A DNA stretch of 64,000 bases from an uncultured delta proteobacterium (GTDB lineage: Bacteria > Desulfobacterota > Syntrophia > Syntrophales > Smithellaceae), in the NCBI GenBank assembly GCA_963753975.1, contig CAVWEH010000002.1:32001-96000 (forward strand). Reading direction: 5' to 3'. Positions 20,715-30,635 of this stretch are shown here, one piece after another. A program made the translations under genes and the position numbers. How positions within the stretch are numbered: position 1 is the stretch's first letter; the number at the start of each line of letters is the position of its first letter. A model generated the notes under the pieces. The model saw nothing but the letters and a program-made list of their open reading frames with translations, was not told the DNA's origin and made no database searches.

Positions 20715-22187
20715 ATGAGGATTACACTTTTCAATCTATCACCTCTCTTGTCATCCGATGGACCGCGTCTTATTGCATCTTTGCTTAAACGGGCAGGCCA
20801 CAAAGTTAACAGTATATATTTAGCAAGAGCAGAACCTCTGCTTTATAGTACAGATGAATTAATTTTGCTTGACACTATTCTCAGCAAAAGTGATCTCGTC
20901 ATGATTGGGGTTTATAGTACATATGCAGCAAGAGCGGAACAAGTAACAGAATTTATCCATAAGAACTATTCTGGTTTGAGAGTAATATGGGGAGGGCCAC
21001 ACTGCATTTCCGCGCCGGAACTCGGCATTCGACATGCGGACGGAGTTTGTTTTTCTGAGGGAGATGAAGCGGTAGTCGAGCTTGTTACGAGAATGGAAGA
21101 GGGCAGAGATTATATTAGTACACCTAATATGGCTTTCAATATTAAAGGTAATATCGTTTTAAATAAAGTTTTACCGCCATTTATGAATCTGGATAATCTT
21201 CCCTATTGTGATTACGATTTTGCTGATCAGTTTTTGCTGGATAAAAATATTATTACAATGAACAAAGATATATTTAAAGAAAGAATCGCCTTATATCCAT
21301 ACAACATTCCAACTTTATATGTACTTGCATCAAGGGGCTGTCCCAATAATTGTTCGTACTGCAACAATTGCCGTTATACGGCAATGTTTAATCATAATCC
21401 GATTCGGATACAGGACAATGACCGTGTTATAGATGAATTGGCGCACACACTCAAGAAGCTTGATTTTGTGGAAATGATCGGGTTTGGAGATGATGATTTT
21501 TTTGTCCGCAGTTACGAAAAACTGGAAGATTTTGCCCAAAAATACAAACGTCGAATAGGCCTACCTTTTGGTATCGCTATTAGTGCAAATAGTTTTAAGA
21601 AGAAAAAGATGGAGATTTTGTTGAATTCCGGACTGAAGATTATTCAGATGGGTGTACAGTCAGGGAGCGAAAGAGTCCTGAAAGAAGTATTTCATAGGAA
21701 TATAGAAACTTCAAAGACTAGGTGGGCGGTTCAACAGATAGCACCGTATCACAGCACACACGCCTTAGATCTTCTTCTTGATTTCATCATCGATAATCCC
21801 TATGAAATGCGAGATGATATTATTCAAACGGAAAATTACATAAAAGAATTGCCTTTCTCGGTGAAACTAAATATTTTTTTTCTATCGTACTTTCCGGGCA
21901 CCCCTATTTATGAAAGGGCTGTAAGTGACGGCATTATAGAGCTCTTCAGTTATGAATCTTTTCGGCGTTATGGTAGAAGTGAGTTGAAATACCAGAAAAA
22001 CTATGAAATTGTTTTATTGCTTTTTACAATTTATTTGCGGAACAAGTATAAAAAATATTGGACACGATTATTTTTGAGTATTTTAGGCAGTCGTTTTATA
22101 AGAACAATAGCAAACATTCTTCCACATTCATTTTATGCGTCTATTGGAAATTTAATTTTATCCAAAGGCATCAGAAAAAAAAATTAA
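20715..22187 (+). CDS. Cobalamin-binding radical SAM protein (class B-like)
   Basis: IWGGPH and EGDE in the B12-binding domain; SRGCPNNCSYC; GVQSGS; FPGTP. Confidence 0.85.
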   Translation: MRITLFNLSPLLSSDGPRLIASLLKRAGHKVNSIYLARAEPLLYSTDELILLDTILSKSDLVMIGVYSTYAARAEQVTEFIHKNYSGLRVIWGGPHCISAPELGIRHADGVCFSEGDEAVVELVTRMEEGRDYISTPNMAFNIKGNIVLNKVLPPFMNLDNLPYCDYDFADQFLLDKNIITMNKDIFKERIALYPYNIPTLYVLASRGCPNNCSYCNNCRYTAMFNHNPIRIQDNDRVIDELAHTLKKLDFVEMIGFGDDDFFVRSYEKLEDFAQKYKRRIGLPFGIAISANSFKKKKMEILLNSGLKIIQMGVQSGSERVLKEVFHRNIETSKTRWAVQQIAPYHSTHALDLLLDFIIDNPYEMRDDIIQTENYIKELPFSVKLNIFFLSYFPGTPIYERAVSDGIIELFSYESFRRYGRSELKYQKNYEIVLLLFTIYLRNKYKKYWTRLFLSILGSRFIRTIANILPHSFYASIGNLILSKGIRKKN

Positions 22188-22583
22188 TTATTTAAATTTG
22201 ATTTATTTGCACTCTTTTGTGGACGAAAGTTCGCATATCTGCCCTATAACGGTGCGTATCAATCTTGGCACTTAAGAATTATTAAAGTATTTAATTAAAA
22301 ATACTTGCAAGTAATGCGATAAAAGTATTAAAAGAACATTATAAGTATTAATAAGATGAACTGGTTATGAGATATTTATCAATAAATAAAATCGCCTCAG
22401 TGGACAAGCTTCATATCGGATTGGGCGCTACCTTACATTTTTATAAATGTGGGACGGAGTATTTTGAATCTGCTGGAGATGAACAGCGCGCTTGATTTAA
22501 TTAAAAATGAGCATTGATTTTGCATCTCGGGGCTTAGGTAAATAACAACTAATGATAATGAAAAGAAAGAATATTATTTAAAA

Positions 22584-23666
22584 ATGAAGACTAAGATCAA
22601 AAGTAAAATCGTATTCAGGAACTTACTGGTAACGGGAGGTTGCGGATTTATCGGCAGTAATTTTATTCGCTATTTAATGGCGCGGAAAGATTATTCCGGC
22701 AAAATCATCAATGTGGACAACTTAACATATGCAGGCAATCCCGAAAATCTGACAGGCATTGCCTCAGATTTTGCTCCAAGATATATATTCCAAAAGGTGG
22801 ATATTTGTGATGCCCCAAAACTGGAAGAAGTATTTCTGCAATATGATATTGATGCAATTTGTCATTTTGCGGCTGAGTCACATGTCGACCGCTCTATAAA
22901 ATCACCTGGTAATTTTATTCAAACAAATATTATTGGAACTTTTAATCTTTTGGAAATAGCCAAATCTCGCGGCGATAAATTCAAAATCTTTCATCATGTC
23001 AGCACCGATGAAGTTTACGGGAGCCTCGGCAAAAAAGGTTTTTTTCACGAAGATACTCCCTATCGTCCCAATAGCCCGTATTCGGCATCAAAGGCTGCTT
23101 CCGATCATCTGGTCCGCTCCTATTATAAAACGTTCGGAATGCCCATGACGATTTCCAATTGTTCTAATAATTACGGCCCCTATCAGTTTCCGGAAAAGCT
23201 TATTCCATTGGTTATTCTCAATGCCTTGGAAGGAAAGACATTGCCTGTCTATGGCGATGGGAAAAATATTCGGGATTGGCTTTATGTCGAAGATCATTGC
23301 GAAGCTATCTGGCAAATTATGACTTCCGGCAGAATCGGGCAAACTTACAATATCGGCGGCAATGCCGAAATGGAAAATATTTTAATTGTGCAAATGATTT
23401 GCGATATCCTGGACGAAATAAAGCCGGCGGGGCAGGGGAAATCGCGGCGCGATCTGATTAGATTCGTTAAAGACCGTCCCGGACACGATAAGCGTTATGC
23501 GATTGATTTTTCCAAGCTCAACCGAGAATTAGGTTGGTCTCCCAAGGAATCATTTAATTCCGGGCTGCGAAAAACTATTAAGTGGTATTTAAAACAAAGA
23601 AAATGGTTAGAAAATATTAAAACCGGCGCATATCAGTCATGGATTAAGGAACAATACGGCTCTTGA
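22584..23666 (+). CDS. rfbB: dTDP-glucose 4,6-dehydratase
   Basis: [43 protein letters not shown]. Confidence 0.95.
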   Translation: MKTKIKSKIVFRNLLVTGGCGFIGSNFIRYLMARKDYSGKIINVDNLTYAGNPENLTGIASDFAPRYIFQKVDICDAPKLEEVFLQYDIDAICHFAAESHVDRSIKSPGNFIQTNIIGTFNLLEIAKSRGDKFKIFHHVSTDEVYGSLGKKGFFHEDTPYRPNSPYSASKAASDHLVRSYYKTFGMPMTISNCSNNYGPYQFPEKLIPLVILNALEGKTLPVYGDGKNIRDWLYVEDHCEAIWQIMTSGRIGQTYNIGGNAEMENILIVQMICDILDEIKPAGQGKSRRDLIRFVKDRPGHDKRYAIDFSKLNRELGWSPKESFNSGLRKTIKWYLKQRKWLENIKTGAYQSWIKEQYGS

Positions 23667-23726
23667 TGCAGAACAAATAATTTACAGCTACGATATAATA
23701 TTGTATTCTTCCCCAAGGAGCGAATC

Positions 23727-24572
23727 ATGCCCAAATTGTCCCATCTAAAGAATTTATCTCGAACAAAAGAATATCTCATGGAAAGCGAAGAAGAGACTAT
23801 TCGCCTTGAGATTAAAACTGATCCGGATGCTTTACGTAAACAGGCACTTTGGTGCGGAGTAAAGCCGGGAATGCGCATTCTTGATGTAGGCTGTGGACCG
23901 GGTAAAACAACGGCACTTCTTAATGAAATGATTCAGCCTGGAGGAAGTATTGTTGGAGTTGATTTTTCGGAAACCCGCATATCGTATGCCAGAGAACATT
24001 ATGGCGGCAAAAATAGTATTGAGTTTCATTTGCATGATTTGCGTGAATCAATGGAAAGCTTGGGACAGTTTGACCTCGTTTGGGTAAGATTTGTGCTGGA
24101 GTACTATCGCAAGGAAGCTTTGGATATAGTCAAAAATTTAAAAAAATGTGTCAGGCCAGGCGGTTTACTCTGTCTGCTCGATTTGGATTATAATTGTTTG
24201 AATCACTATGAATTGCCGCCTCGAATAGCTGCGATATTACCCGAAATTATGAAATATGCGGATAAGAAATATAATTTTGATACCTTTGCTGGACGCAAAC
24301 TCTATTCTTTCCTGTATGACAATGATTTTGAAAAGATAGATGTGGAATTAATGGCACATAATTTAATCTTTGGTGAAGTAAAAGATAAAGATAAATTTAA
24401 TTTGAGTAAGAAAATAGAAATAGCAGCGAAAAAAACTAAAAAATTAATAAATTCATATCCGGGCGGCTATCAAAAATTTTCTGAGGATTTTGAAAAATAT
24501 TTTAAAAATCCACGACGTTTTACCTATACACCTTTACTCCTTTGTAAAGGGATTAAACCTTTGCAGAGTTAG
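23727..24572 (+). CDS. Class I SAM-dependent methyltransferase
   Basis: ILDVGCGPG motif I, GVDFS, FDLVW.RFVLE, RPGG. Confidence 0.88.
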   Translation: MPKLSHLKNLSRTKEYLMESEEETIRLEIKTDPDALRKQALWCGVKPGMRILDVGCGPGKTTALLNEMIQPGGSIVGVDFSETRISYAREHYGGKNSIEFHLHDLRESMESLGQFDLVWVRFVLEYYRKEALDIVKNLKKCVRPGGLLCLLDLDYNCLNHYELPPRIAAILPEIMKYADKKYNFDTFAGRKLYSFLYDNDFEKIDVELMAHNLIFGEVKDKDKFNLSKKIEIAAKKTKKLINSYPGGYQKFSEDFEKYFKNPRRFTYTPLLLCKGIKPLQS

Positions 24573-27420
24573 ATTGCAACATCGAGAATATTTCTGAACA
24601 CTTGAGGAGTAAATCATCGGGACGGTATGGTTTGTTAATAAATCCAGCCGCTCCGGCTTTGGTTAAATCTTCTATTTGTTGGGACGTAGAATAGCCGCTG
24701 GTCATTAAAACTTTAGCCTTGTCATTAATGGCCAACAAATCAATGAGGCATTTTTTCCCACCTTTGCCGGGCATATTTAAATCGAGAAGCACCAGCTTGA
24801 TTTTATCTTTTTGAGCCGTATAAAGAGACAGCGCCTGCTCGGCGCTTTCAGCAGTCATTACTTTATAGCCGTAAGAACTTAATGTTTCTTTGACTGTTTC
24901 TAAAATGTTTTTTTCGTCATCGACAACAAGCAATTTCTCTTTGCCGCGAGGAATTTTTACCGGTTTTTCTTGAACTATTTTGTGTGTCTCTCCGGAAGTT
25001 GTTGCCGGTAATAAAATTCTAAAAGTGGTTCCCTCATTGGGGGCGCTTTCGCAGTAAATAAATCCACTGTGATTTTTCACAATGCCGTGAACAACGGCAA
25101 GGCCCAATCCGGTTCCTTTTCCCGGTTCTTTAGTGGTGAAAAAAGGTTCAAAGATGTGTTGGATCAATTCTTTTTCCATACCGCTGCCAGTATCGGAAAC
25201 AGACAATTCTATATAATTGCCGGAAGGAATATTCAAACCGGCTATGGAAGTATTTTCCTGCAAAATAATATTATTTGTACTTATTATTATTTTTCCGCTG
25301 TCGCCCATGGCATCACGGGCATTAATGACCAGATTCATGATAATTTGACCTATTTGCGTGGAATCGGCGATAAGGGGAAAAATATCATCATGCAGGTTCG
25401 TTTGTATTTCAATCATCTTGGGAATGGATTTTATAAGCAAGCTATGTATGCTTCTTATTTCTTCATTGATATTGATAATCTTTGATAACGGTTCAACTTT
25501 TTTGCCGAAAAGCATTAATTGGCCGACAAGCTCTCTGGAACGTTGAATTAGTTCTCCTATACTTTTAAGATAAGATATCTCTGTTTCATTTCCGGATCTT
25601 CCCGAAATCATTATCTGGTTGTAACCCATAATTGCCTGAATAATATTATTAAAATCGTGAGCTATTCCGCCGGTTAGAGTGCCGACGGCTTCCATTTTGG
25701 AGGCTTGCAGAAGTTGTGCTTCCATAATGCGCAATCTGGTGATGTCTTTGAGTGTACCAACAACCCCCATTACATTTCCTTCGGCATCTATGTCCGGTGC
25801 CCCGGTAAAAGTGACATAACGCGGCAAGCCTTTATTATTCAAAATAATAAAATTTTTGTCTCTTATTGTTGATTTATTTTCTAGAATATCTTGAAAAATA
25901 TTAACAAATGCCGCATGATCTTCCTGACGTATAAAATCATTAAAATGTTTGTTCTCAATTTCGTTTTTATTATGGCCTAGAACATCTTTCCATGCAGTAT
26001 TGACATAAGAAAACTTTCCTTCCTGATCCAGACGATAGATGATATCAGGTGAATTATCGCTTAAATTGCGAAAACGTTCTTCGCTTTCCTTGATTTTTTT
26101 ATGGGCAAAAGCGTTATTTAAACTGATGCCGATTTGCTGGGCGATGCCCGTCAGCAAACTCAAATCGCTTTGGGTGGCAGGTATTTCTAATTTACTATTA
26201 TCGACGGCAAGAATGCCTTCAGATTTACCTTCATAAATTATCGGAACGCAAATGAAGCCATTAACGTTTAACCCTTTCATGAATTTTAAGCTTCTTCCGG
26301 AAAGATCATTTTCAATATCATTTACGTTATTAATGAGGAATGGTTTTTGATCGCGGTAAGCAGAATAAAAAATACCTTTAGATTGTGGATTTGTAAGGTT
26401 AAAATTAGCATTATTTAAAAGGTCTTCTTCTTGTTGAGAGTAACCGTAACCGGATACATAAATTAGTTTTGTTTTTTCAGGGTTGGTCAACATAATCATG
26501 CCGCGTTTGAATTGCAGGTGCTTTTGCAAGGCATCAGATATAAATTTTAAAAGCTCATGCGGGTCCAGAATATTAGAAGTTGCTTCGCCAATCTCTCTTA
26601 TGAGCAATGCTTCATTGTAACGAAGATTAATTTGTTCAATTACCTGATCAGAGGCTTTACCCTGTCCCTCCATAGTTATGTATATTTCTTTGATATAAAG
26701 AATATTACCATATAGCAAGGTTCCTAAGGATATTAAGAGAGTAGATAAAAAGAATATGAGCCAATGATTTATGGAGAAGAAGTATAAAATAGGGAAAGAG
26801 GCAAGTAAACTTACGGCTACTAGGTAATATCCGGTTCTTTTCCAGGTAAGTGATGGTAGTTTATCCCATGTTACTATATAATGGCAACAATTGTCACCGC
26901 GGTGAATACATCTAGTATGTTCAATATGTCCATATTTACGAGTAAATACTTCCGCGATTGCTTCAAACATGCCAATACGATTTTCACATTGAAAAGGTTC
27001 TTCCTTGACGTACGGATGAGGTGTTATTGTAATCTCGATTTTATTATCACTTAATTTATTGCTTTTTGTTATTACATGACGAGAAACTGTTGCTGCCAAT
27101 TTTTCGACTGTCCAGTAAGCTATTACCGGACTTATAAAACCTATAGTAATCTGCCGTAAAATACTCGATGACTTCGGAGATGCTATATACCGGCCCGCTT
27201 CTCTAGCAACGTTAGGGTTGTCAGTTACACGACTCGTATATTCTTGAAAACGATTCACTTGTTTTTGGGTCAGCCAGTGGCCTCTGTCTTCAACTTCATG
27301 CTCGGTAATACCGGCATATTCGAGCAACTTTTTCAAATCCAAGTCTGGATATTTGTATTCTAAATATTCCAGATAAGTTTTTATAATAACGGTGTTATAA
27401 AGAGGTCTATCTTCCATCAA
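24553..27420 (-). CDS. Hybrid sensor histidine kinase (V4R-like N-terminus, 2 TM, GAF, PAS, HisKA/HATPase, REC)
   Basis: H..C...G..CC.Y.V.W V4R-like motif; two hydrophobic helices; GAF (ICVPI..EGILAVDN); PAS; AHDFNN, NARDAM, DTGSGM, FTTK, GTGLGL; REC with LLDLNMP. Confidence 0.88.
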   Translation of the reverse strand: MMEDRPLYNTVIIKTYLEYLEYKYPDLDLKKLLEYAGITEHEVEDRGHWLTQKQVNRFQEYTSRVTDNPNVAREAGRYIASPKSSSILRQITIGFISPVIAYWTVEKLAATVSRHVITKSNKLSDNKIEITITPHPYVKEEPFQCENRIGMFEAIAEVFTRKYGHIEHTRCIHRGDNCCHYIVTWDKLPSLTWKRTGYYLVAVSLLASFPILYFFSINHWLIFFLSTLLISLGTLLYGNILYIKEIYITMEGQGKASDQVIEQINLRYNEALLIREIGEATSNILDPHELLKFISDALQKHLQFKRGMIMLTNPEKTKLIYVSGYGYSQQEEDLLNNANFNLTNPQSKGIFYSAYRDQKPFLINNVNDIENDLSGRSLKFMKGLNVNGFICVPIIYEGKSEGILAVDNSKLEIPATQSDLSLLTGIAQQIGISLNNAFAHKKIKESEERFRNLSDNSPDIIYRLDQEGKFSYVNTAWKDVLGHNKNEIENKHFNDFIRQEDHAAFVNIFQDILENKSTIRDKNFIILNNKGLPRYVTFTGAPDIDAEGNVMGVVGTLKDITRLRIMEAQLLQASKMEAVGTLTGGIAHDFNNIIQAIMGYNQIMISGRSGNETEISYLKSIGELIQRSRELVGQLMLFGKKVEPLSKIININEEIRSIHSLLIKSIPKMIEIQTNLHDDIFPLIADSTQIGQIIMNLVINARDAMGDSGKIIISTNNIILQENTSIAGLNIPSGNYIELSVSDTGSGMEKELIQHIFEPFFTTKEPGKGTGLGLAVVHGIVKNHSGFIYCESAPNEGTTFRILLPATTSGETHKIVQEKPVKIPRGKEKLLVVDDEKNILETVKETLSSYGYKVMTAESAEQALSLYTAQKDKIKLVLLDLNMPGKGGKKCLIDLLAINDKAKVLMTSGYSTSQQIEDLTKAGAAGFINKPYRPDDLLLKCSEIFSMLQSNSAKV

Positions 27421-29490
27421 TTTCTCTTATATTTCATTCTAAAGTTATTATCCATATATTCAGTATATTGATCTGAGTATGGATTATTCTTCAAAATCCA
27501 AAGTTGGTAATTTTTTTCTATCCTAATCCCCTGTCCTGATAGATAATTATCTGGATAAACCAGAAGAGGTATTTGATTCTCTTGGTAATGAGCACTAAGC
27601 TGATTAATTGCGGATAAAAGAATATCAGCTTTTAATACTTCATCCTTAACTACAATTATTTTTACACCGTTGATTAAGTCAGAAAGGTTTAATCCTAGAT
27701 TTGATTGATTAACAATGAAGAACGCTACGTGCTTTCCATTAACGCGTAAGCAAAAGATTTTACAATTTCTTTTAAATCCAGCATTAGTAAAAGCTTTTAT
27801 TAACGGTTGCATATCAGAATCAAGCTCAAAAGCGTCAAGCAAGAGTCCGCCTGAATAGTTATTATAAAAATTTGTTAGCACTTTGAAGTCTTCAGACGTG
27901 CACTCGTATAGAATACAACCTGCGGGAAGATTTTTCTCGGGAGCTGTTTTTTGAAATAGCATATAAGAAAATAGATCAAGGGAACTTCCTTTTGGATTGT
28001 TGAGGTGCCGGGCAAATCCGCCAAATATTTTATCGACAACTCTGTTTTCCGGACGGTAATAAGTCATTACAAACTTCATATTGCCGGAAGAAAAACGGTA
28101 AAAACCATTAATGTAATTAGTTATTTGTCGTAAAATGATGATGCCGGGAATTCTACTTTCAAGCGGTCTTGCTGAAAAGTGATGGATTACCCAAGAAGGA
28201 TTGTAAGCATGAACCATGGCAATGTGACCATATATATTCCCATTTTTTTCATAAACAAAATGCCGCGCGATATCTGGATTATCCTGATACAATTTTTGAT
28301 ATGTTTCTTTGAAATTCTGACGATAAGAATAAAGATGTTCATATTTCTCGCCATAAATAAAACCGGTATCAAAAAAGAATTCCCATAAAGCTTCCATATC
28401 AACATTTGTGGAAACGCGAGCATTGCTATCGAGATGAGCTCCCAGAATGTGATTTAGATAACTGTATGCCTTAACATCCATATCTAAAATAGCCATGCCG
28501 TATTGTACTATTTTATTTTCTTGATCTTCGCGGCGGTAAAGCACTTGAGCAGAACAATCCATTTTAATAATACCAGCATAGATAATAGAAATATTAGGAA
28601 TAATCATTCCGGGAAGTAAAGCTTCTTCCTCAATATTATCAATTATTGAACAGCCTGCAGTAGAAATTTCCAGAATATCCCTTTCTATGTTTTTCTGGAA
28701 AAAAGGGTGCTTGAAACTAACAGCGAAGGAAGGGGTAATATGCTGGCGCGGGTTACGCATTTTTCTTTTGGGAAATCTCTCCATATGTGTTTTGAGGGGC
28801 ATAAAAACAATTTTATCATCGGGAGAATTTATTCCGTTGCGCATTAAACGGCATGGGCCGGAATAAAGTTTGACTCCATTTTGTGTCAGATTGAGTTCGA
28901 AAGAATTATTTTCGTCAAATTTATTTATATTTTCATTTACGGATAATTTAATTCCCAGGGCGCTGGGCGTAAAATCTATGAGCATGCCTTGGGCATTAAT
29001 GCCACCTTGGGATAATTTGCAGGATATATCGTGACAGTAATGGCGTCTTGTTTTGCGTGTTTTTATGATGCGGCTTTCATCGGGCAGTTTTAATTTCAGC
29101 GTATCGCTTTCCAAGTTAAGCAATTGAACCGGTGCTAATATAGCAACAAGCCCATCATCAATCATTAAATAATCCAAATTATATTCGGTCATCTCCGGCA
29201 AATTGTCTTTTTGGATCTAAACGGCAGATTAGTTCATCTTTTATACATGGCTGAGGATAAGCTTTCATTAAGATATGTTCGTCGGTTTGTTGATGGCGAT
29301 AAAGAATAAGAACATAACCATCGATAAAATTCAGATGATTCAATTTATTGACGAGCTTTTTTTGATCCCATGGACGTTCTGTAGTCGTAGAGGTAAGGAG
29401 TTCTTGGTGCTGAAAAAGCCACGGCAGAGAATAATAAGGTGTAATGTTCTGAGCAGGGGTAACTGCGATTTTTTGACTTTTTTCCTTCAA
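27417..29490 (-). CDS. PilZ-like repeat protein with predicted C-terminal GNAT-like domains (1-nt frameshift near 29210)
   Basis: ORFs 29179-29490 and 27417-29201 join if one A is removed from ccaaaaagac. Degenerate PilZ motifs RKTRR/DFTPSA and RKMRNPR/EISTAG; GNAT-like strands HFVYEKNGNIYGHIAM, WVIHHFSA, YYRPEN. Confidence 0.7.
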
Positions 29491-29571
29491 AACGTTATCC
29501 CTTCAATATCAACAAAAGAGAATAAGGTAAGGTTAACAGTTTTTACGGGCTACAATCTTAAAATAAGTTGA

Positions 29572-29637
29572 ATTATAACAGCATTTTGCTAATATTGTCA
29601 ACGAATAATTGACATTATCAATGGATTATTTATAAAA
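29572..29637. promoter_or_regulatory. Back-to-back sigma70-like promoters
   Basis: Minus strand TTGACA(29601)-N18-TATAAT(29577) toward the PilZ-kinase operon; plus strand TTGACA(29609)-N16-TATAAA toward the 29767 gene. Confidence 0.55.
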
Positions 29638-29766
29638 ATCATCAATGTTCAAGAGAAAAGTTTGATCCAGCTTCTCATCCACCGCGTTATTGCTCTTGTG
29701 GTTTTAATATAAATTTGTCATTATATTAGCGTTTCGAATATAAAGATTCATCGACCTGGGAGGAAA

Positions 29767-30513
29767 TTGATGATGATCGTGAAAAAAAGTATTTTGGCGA
29801 CGATCGTTTTTGTATGCTTAACTATCTTTGCCGGTTGTACAAGCTACGAAAGGCAGGTAGTTCCTTTCAAATCTCCGGAAAGTCTTCCTAACGCAGTTTC
29901 CATCGACGGCGCTGTAATTGCCGCAAGAAGTTTTGCCAATACAGGTGAAGCAACAGAGGCATTCGGTTTTGACATCAGGTCGGCGGGTATTCTTCCGGTG
30001 CAAGTCGTGTTTGATAACAAGAGTAATCATCCATTAATGATTATGCCCGATCAAACCTTTTTGATTGATGACGAAAGCAATGTTTGGCCTATCCTGGAAC
30101 AGAATCTGGCCTATGACCGCTTAGCCAAGAAAACGGAATTGGGTAAAGTTGCTCCGGAAGCGATAAAAGGCGGATTGCTTCTAGGCGCTGCCGGGGCTGT
30201 TATCGGGGCGGCTATTGGCATAGTCACGGGAACAAATGTCGGTGAGGCGGTAGGTAAGGGAGCGGCTATCGGCGCCGCGGCCGGATTGACTGTTGGTGGT
30301 GCGCAAGGGCTGGATAATACCGATGTAAAGGATAAGATCAGGGAAGATCTGCAAACGCGTTCCTTAAACTATCGCGCCATTAAACCCGGTGAACTGGCTT
30401 ATGGCTTTATTTTTTATCCGGGAGAGGCAAAATCGGCAAAAGTATTACGGCTGCAGCTAAGAGCTAACGATACAGGTAAAATCTATACCTTTAATATGAA
30501 ACTCACGAAATAA
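29767..30513 (+). CDS. Glycine-zipper lipoprotein of unknown function
   Basis: Lipobox FAGC; GAAGAVIGAAIG...GAAIGAAAG glycine zipper. Confidence 0.75.
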   Translation: MMMIVKKSILATIVFVCLTIFAGCTSYERQVVPFKSPESLPNAVSIDGAVIAARSFANTGEATEAFGFDIRSAGILPVQVVFDNKSNHPLMIMPDQTFLIDDESNVWPILEQNLAYDRLAKKTELGKVAPEAIKGGLLLGAAGAVIGAAIGIVTGTNVGEAVGKGAAIGAAAGLTVGGAQGLDNTDVKDKIREDLQTRSLNYRAIKPGELAYGFIFYPGEAKSAKVLRLQLRANDTGKIYTFNMKLTK

Positions 30514-30635
30514 AAGCGGCGCTAAAGCTAAGATGTTCAAAAAGATTGATTGATAACGCTTTCCAATAAAATAAAAAACTATCACTTGTTTAATTAATTT
30601 ATCTCTTAAAAAAGGAGGCATTTTATTACCAATAA

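Noticed and set aside
22188..22583. c-di-GMP riboswitch or other ncRNA upstream of rfbB
   Set aside because: Only isolated small hairpins (for example gtggac-gaaa-gttcgc). The conserved two-stem GEMM pattern is not visible; an Rfam scan would be needed.
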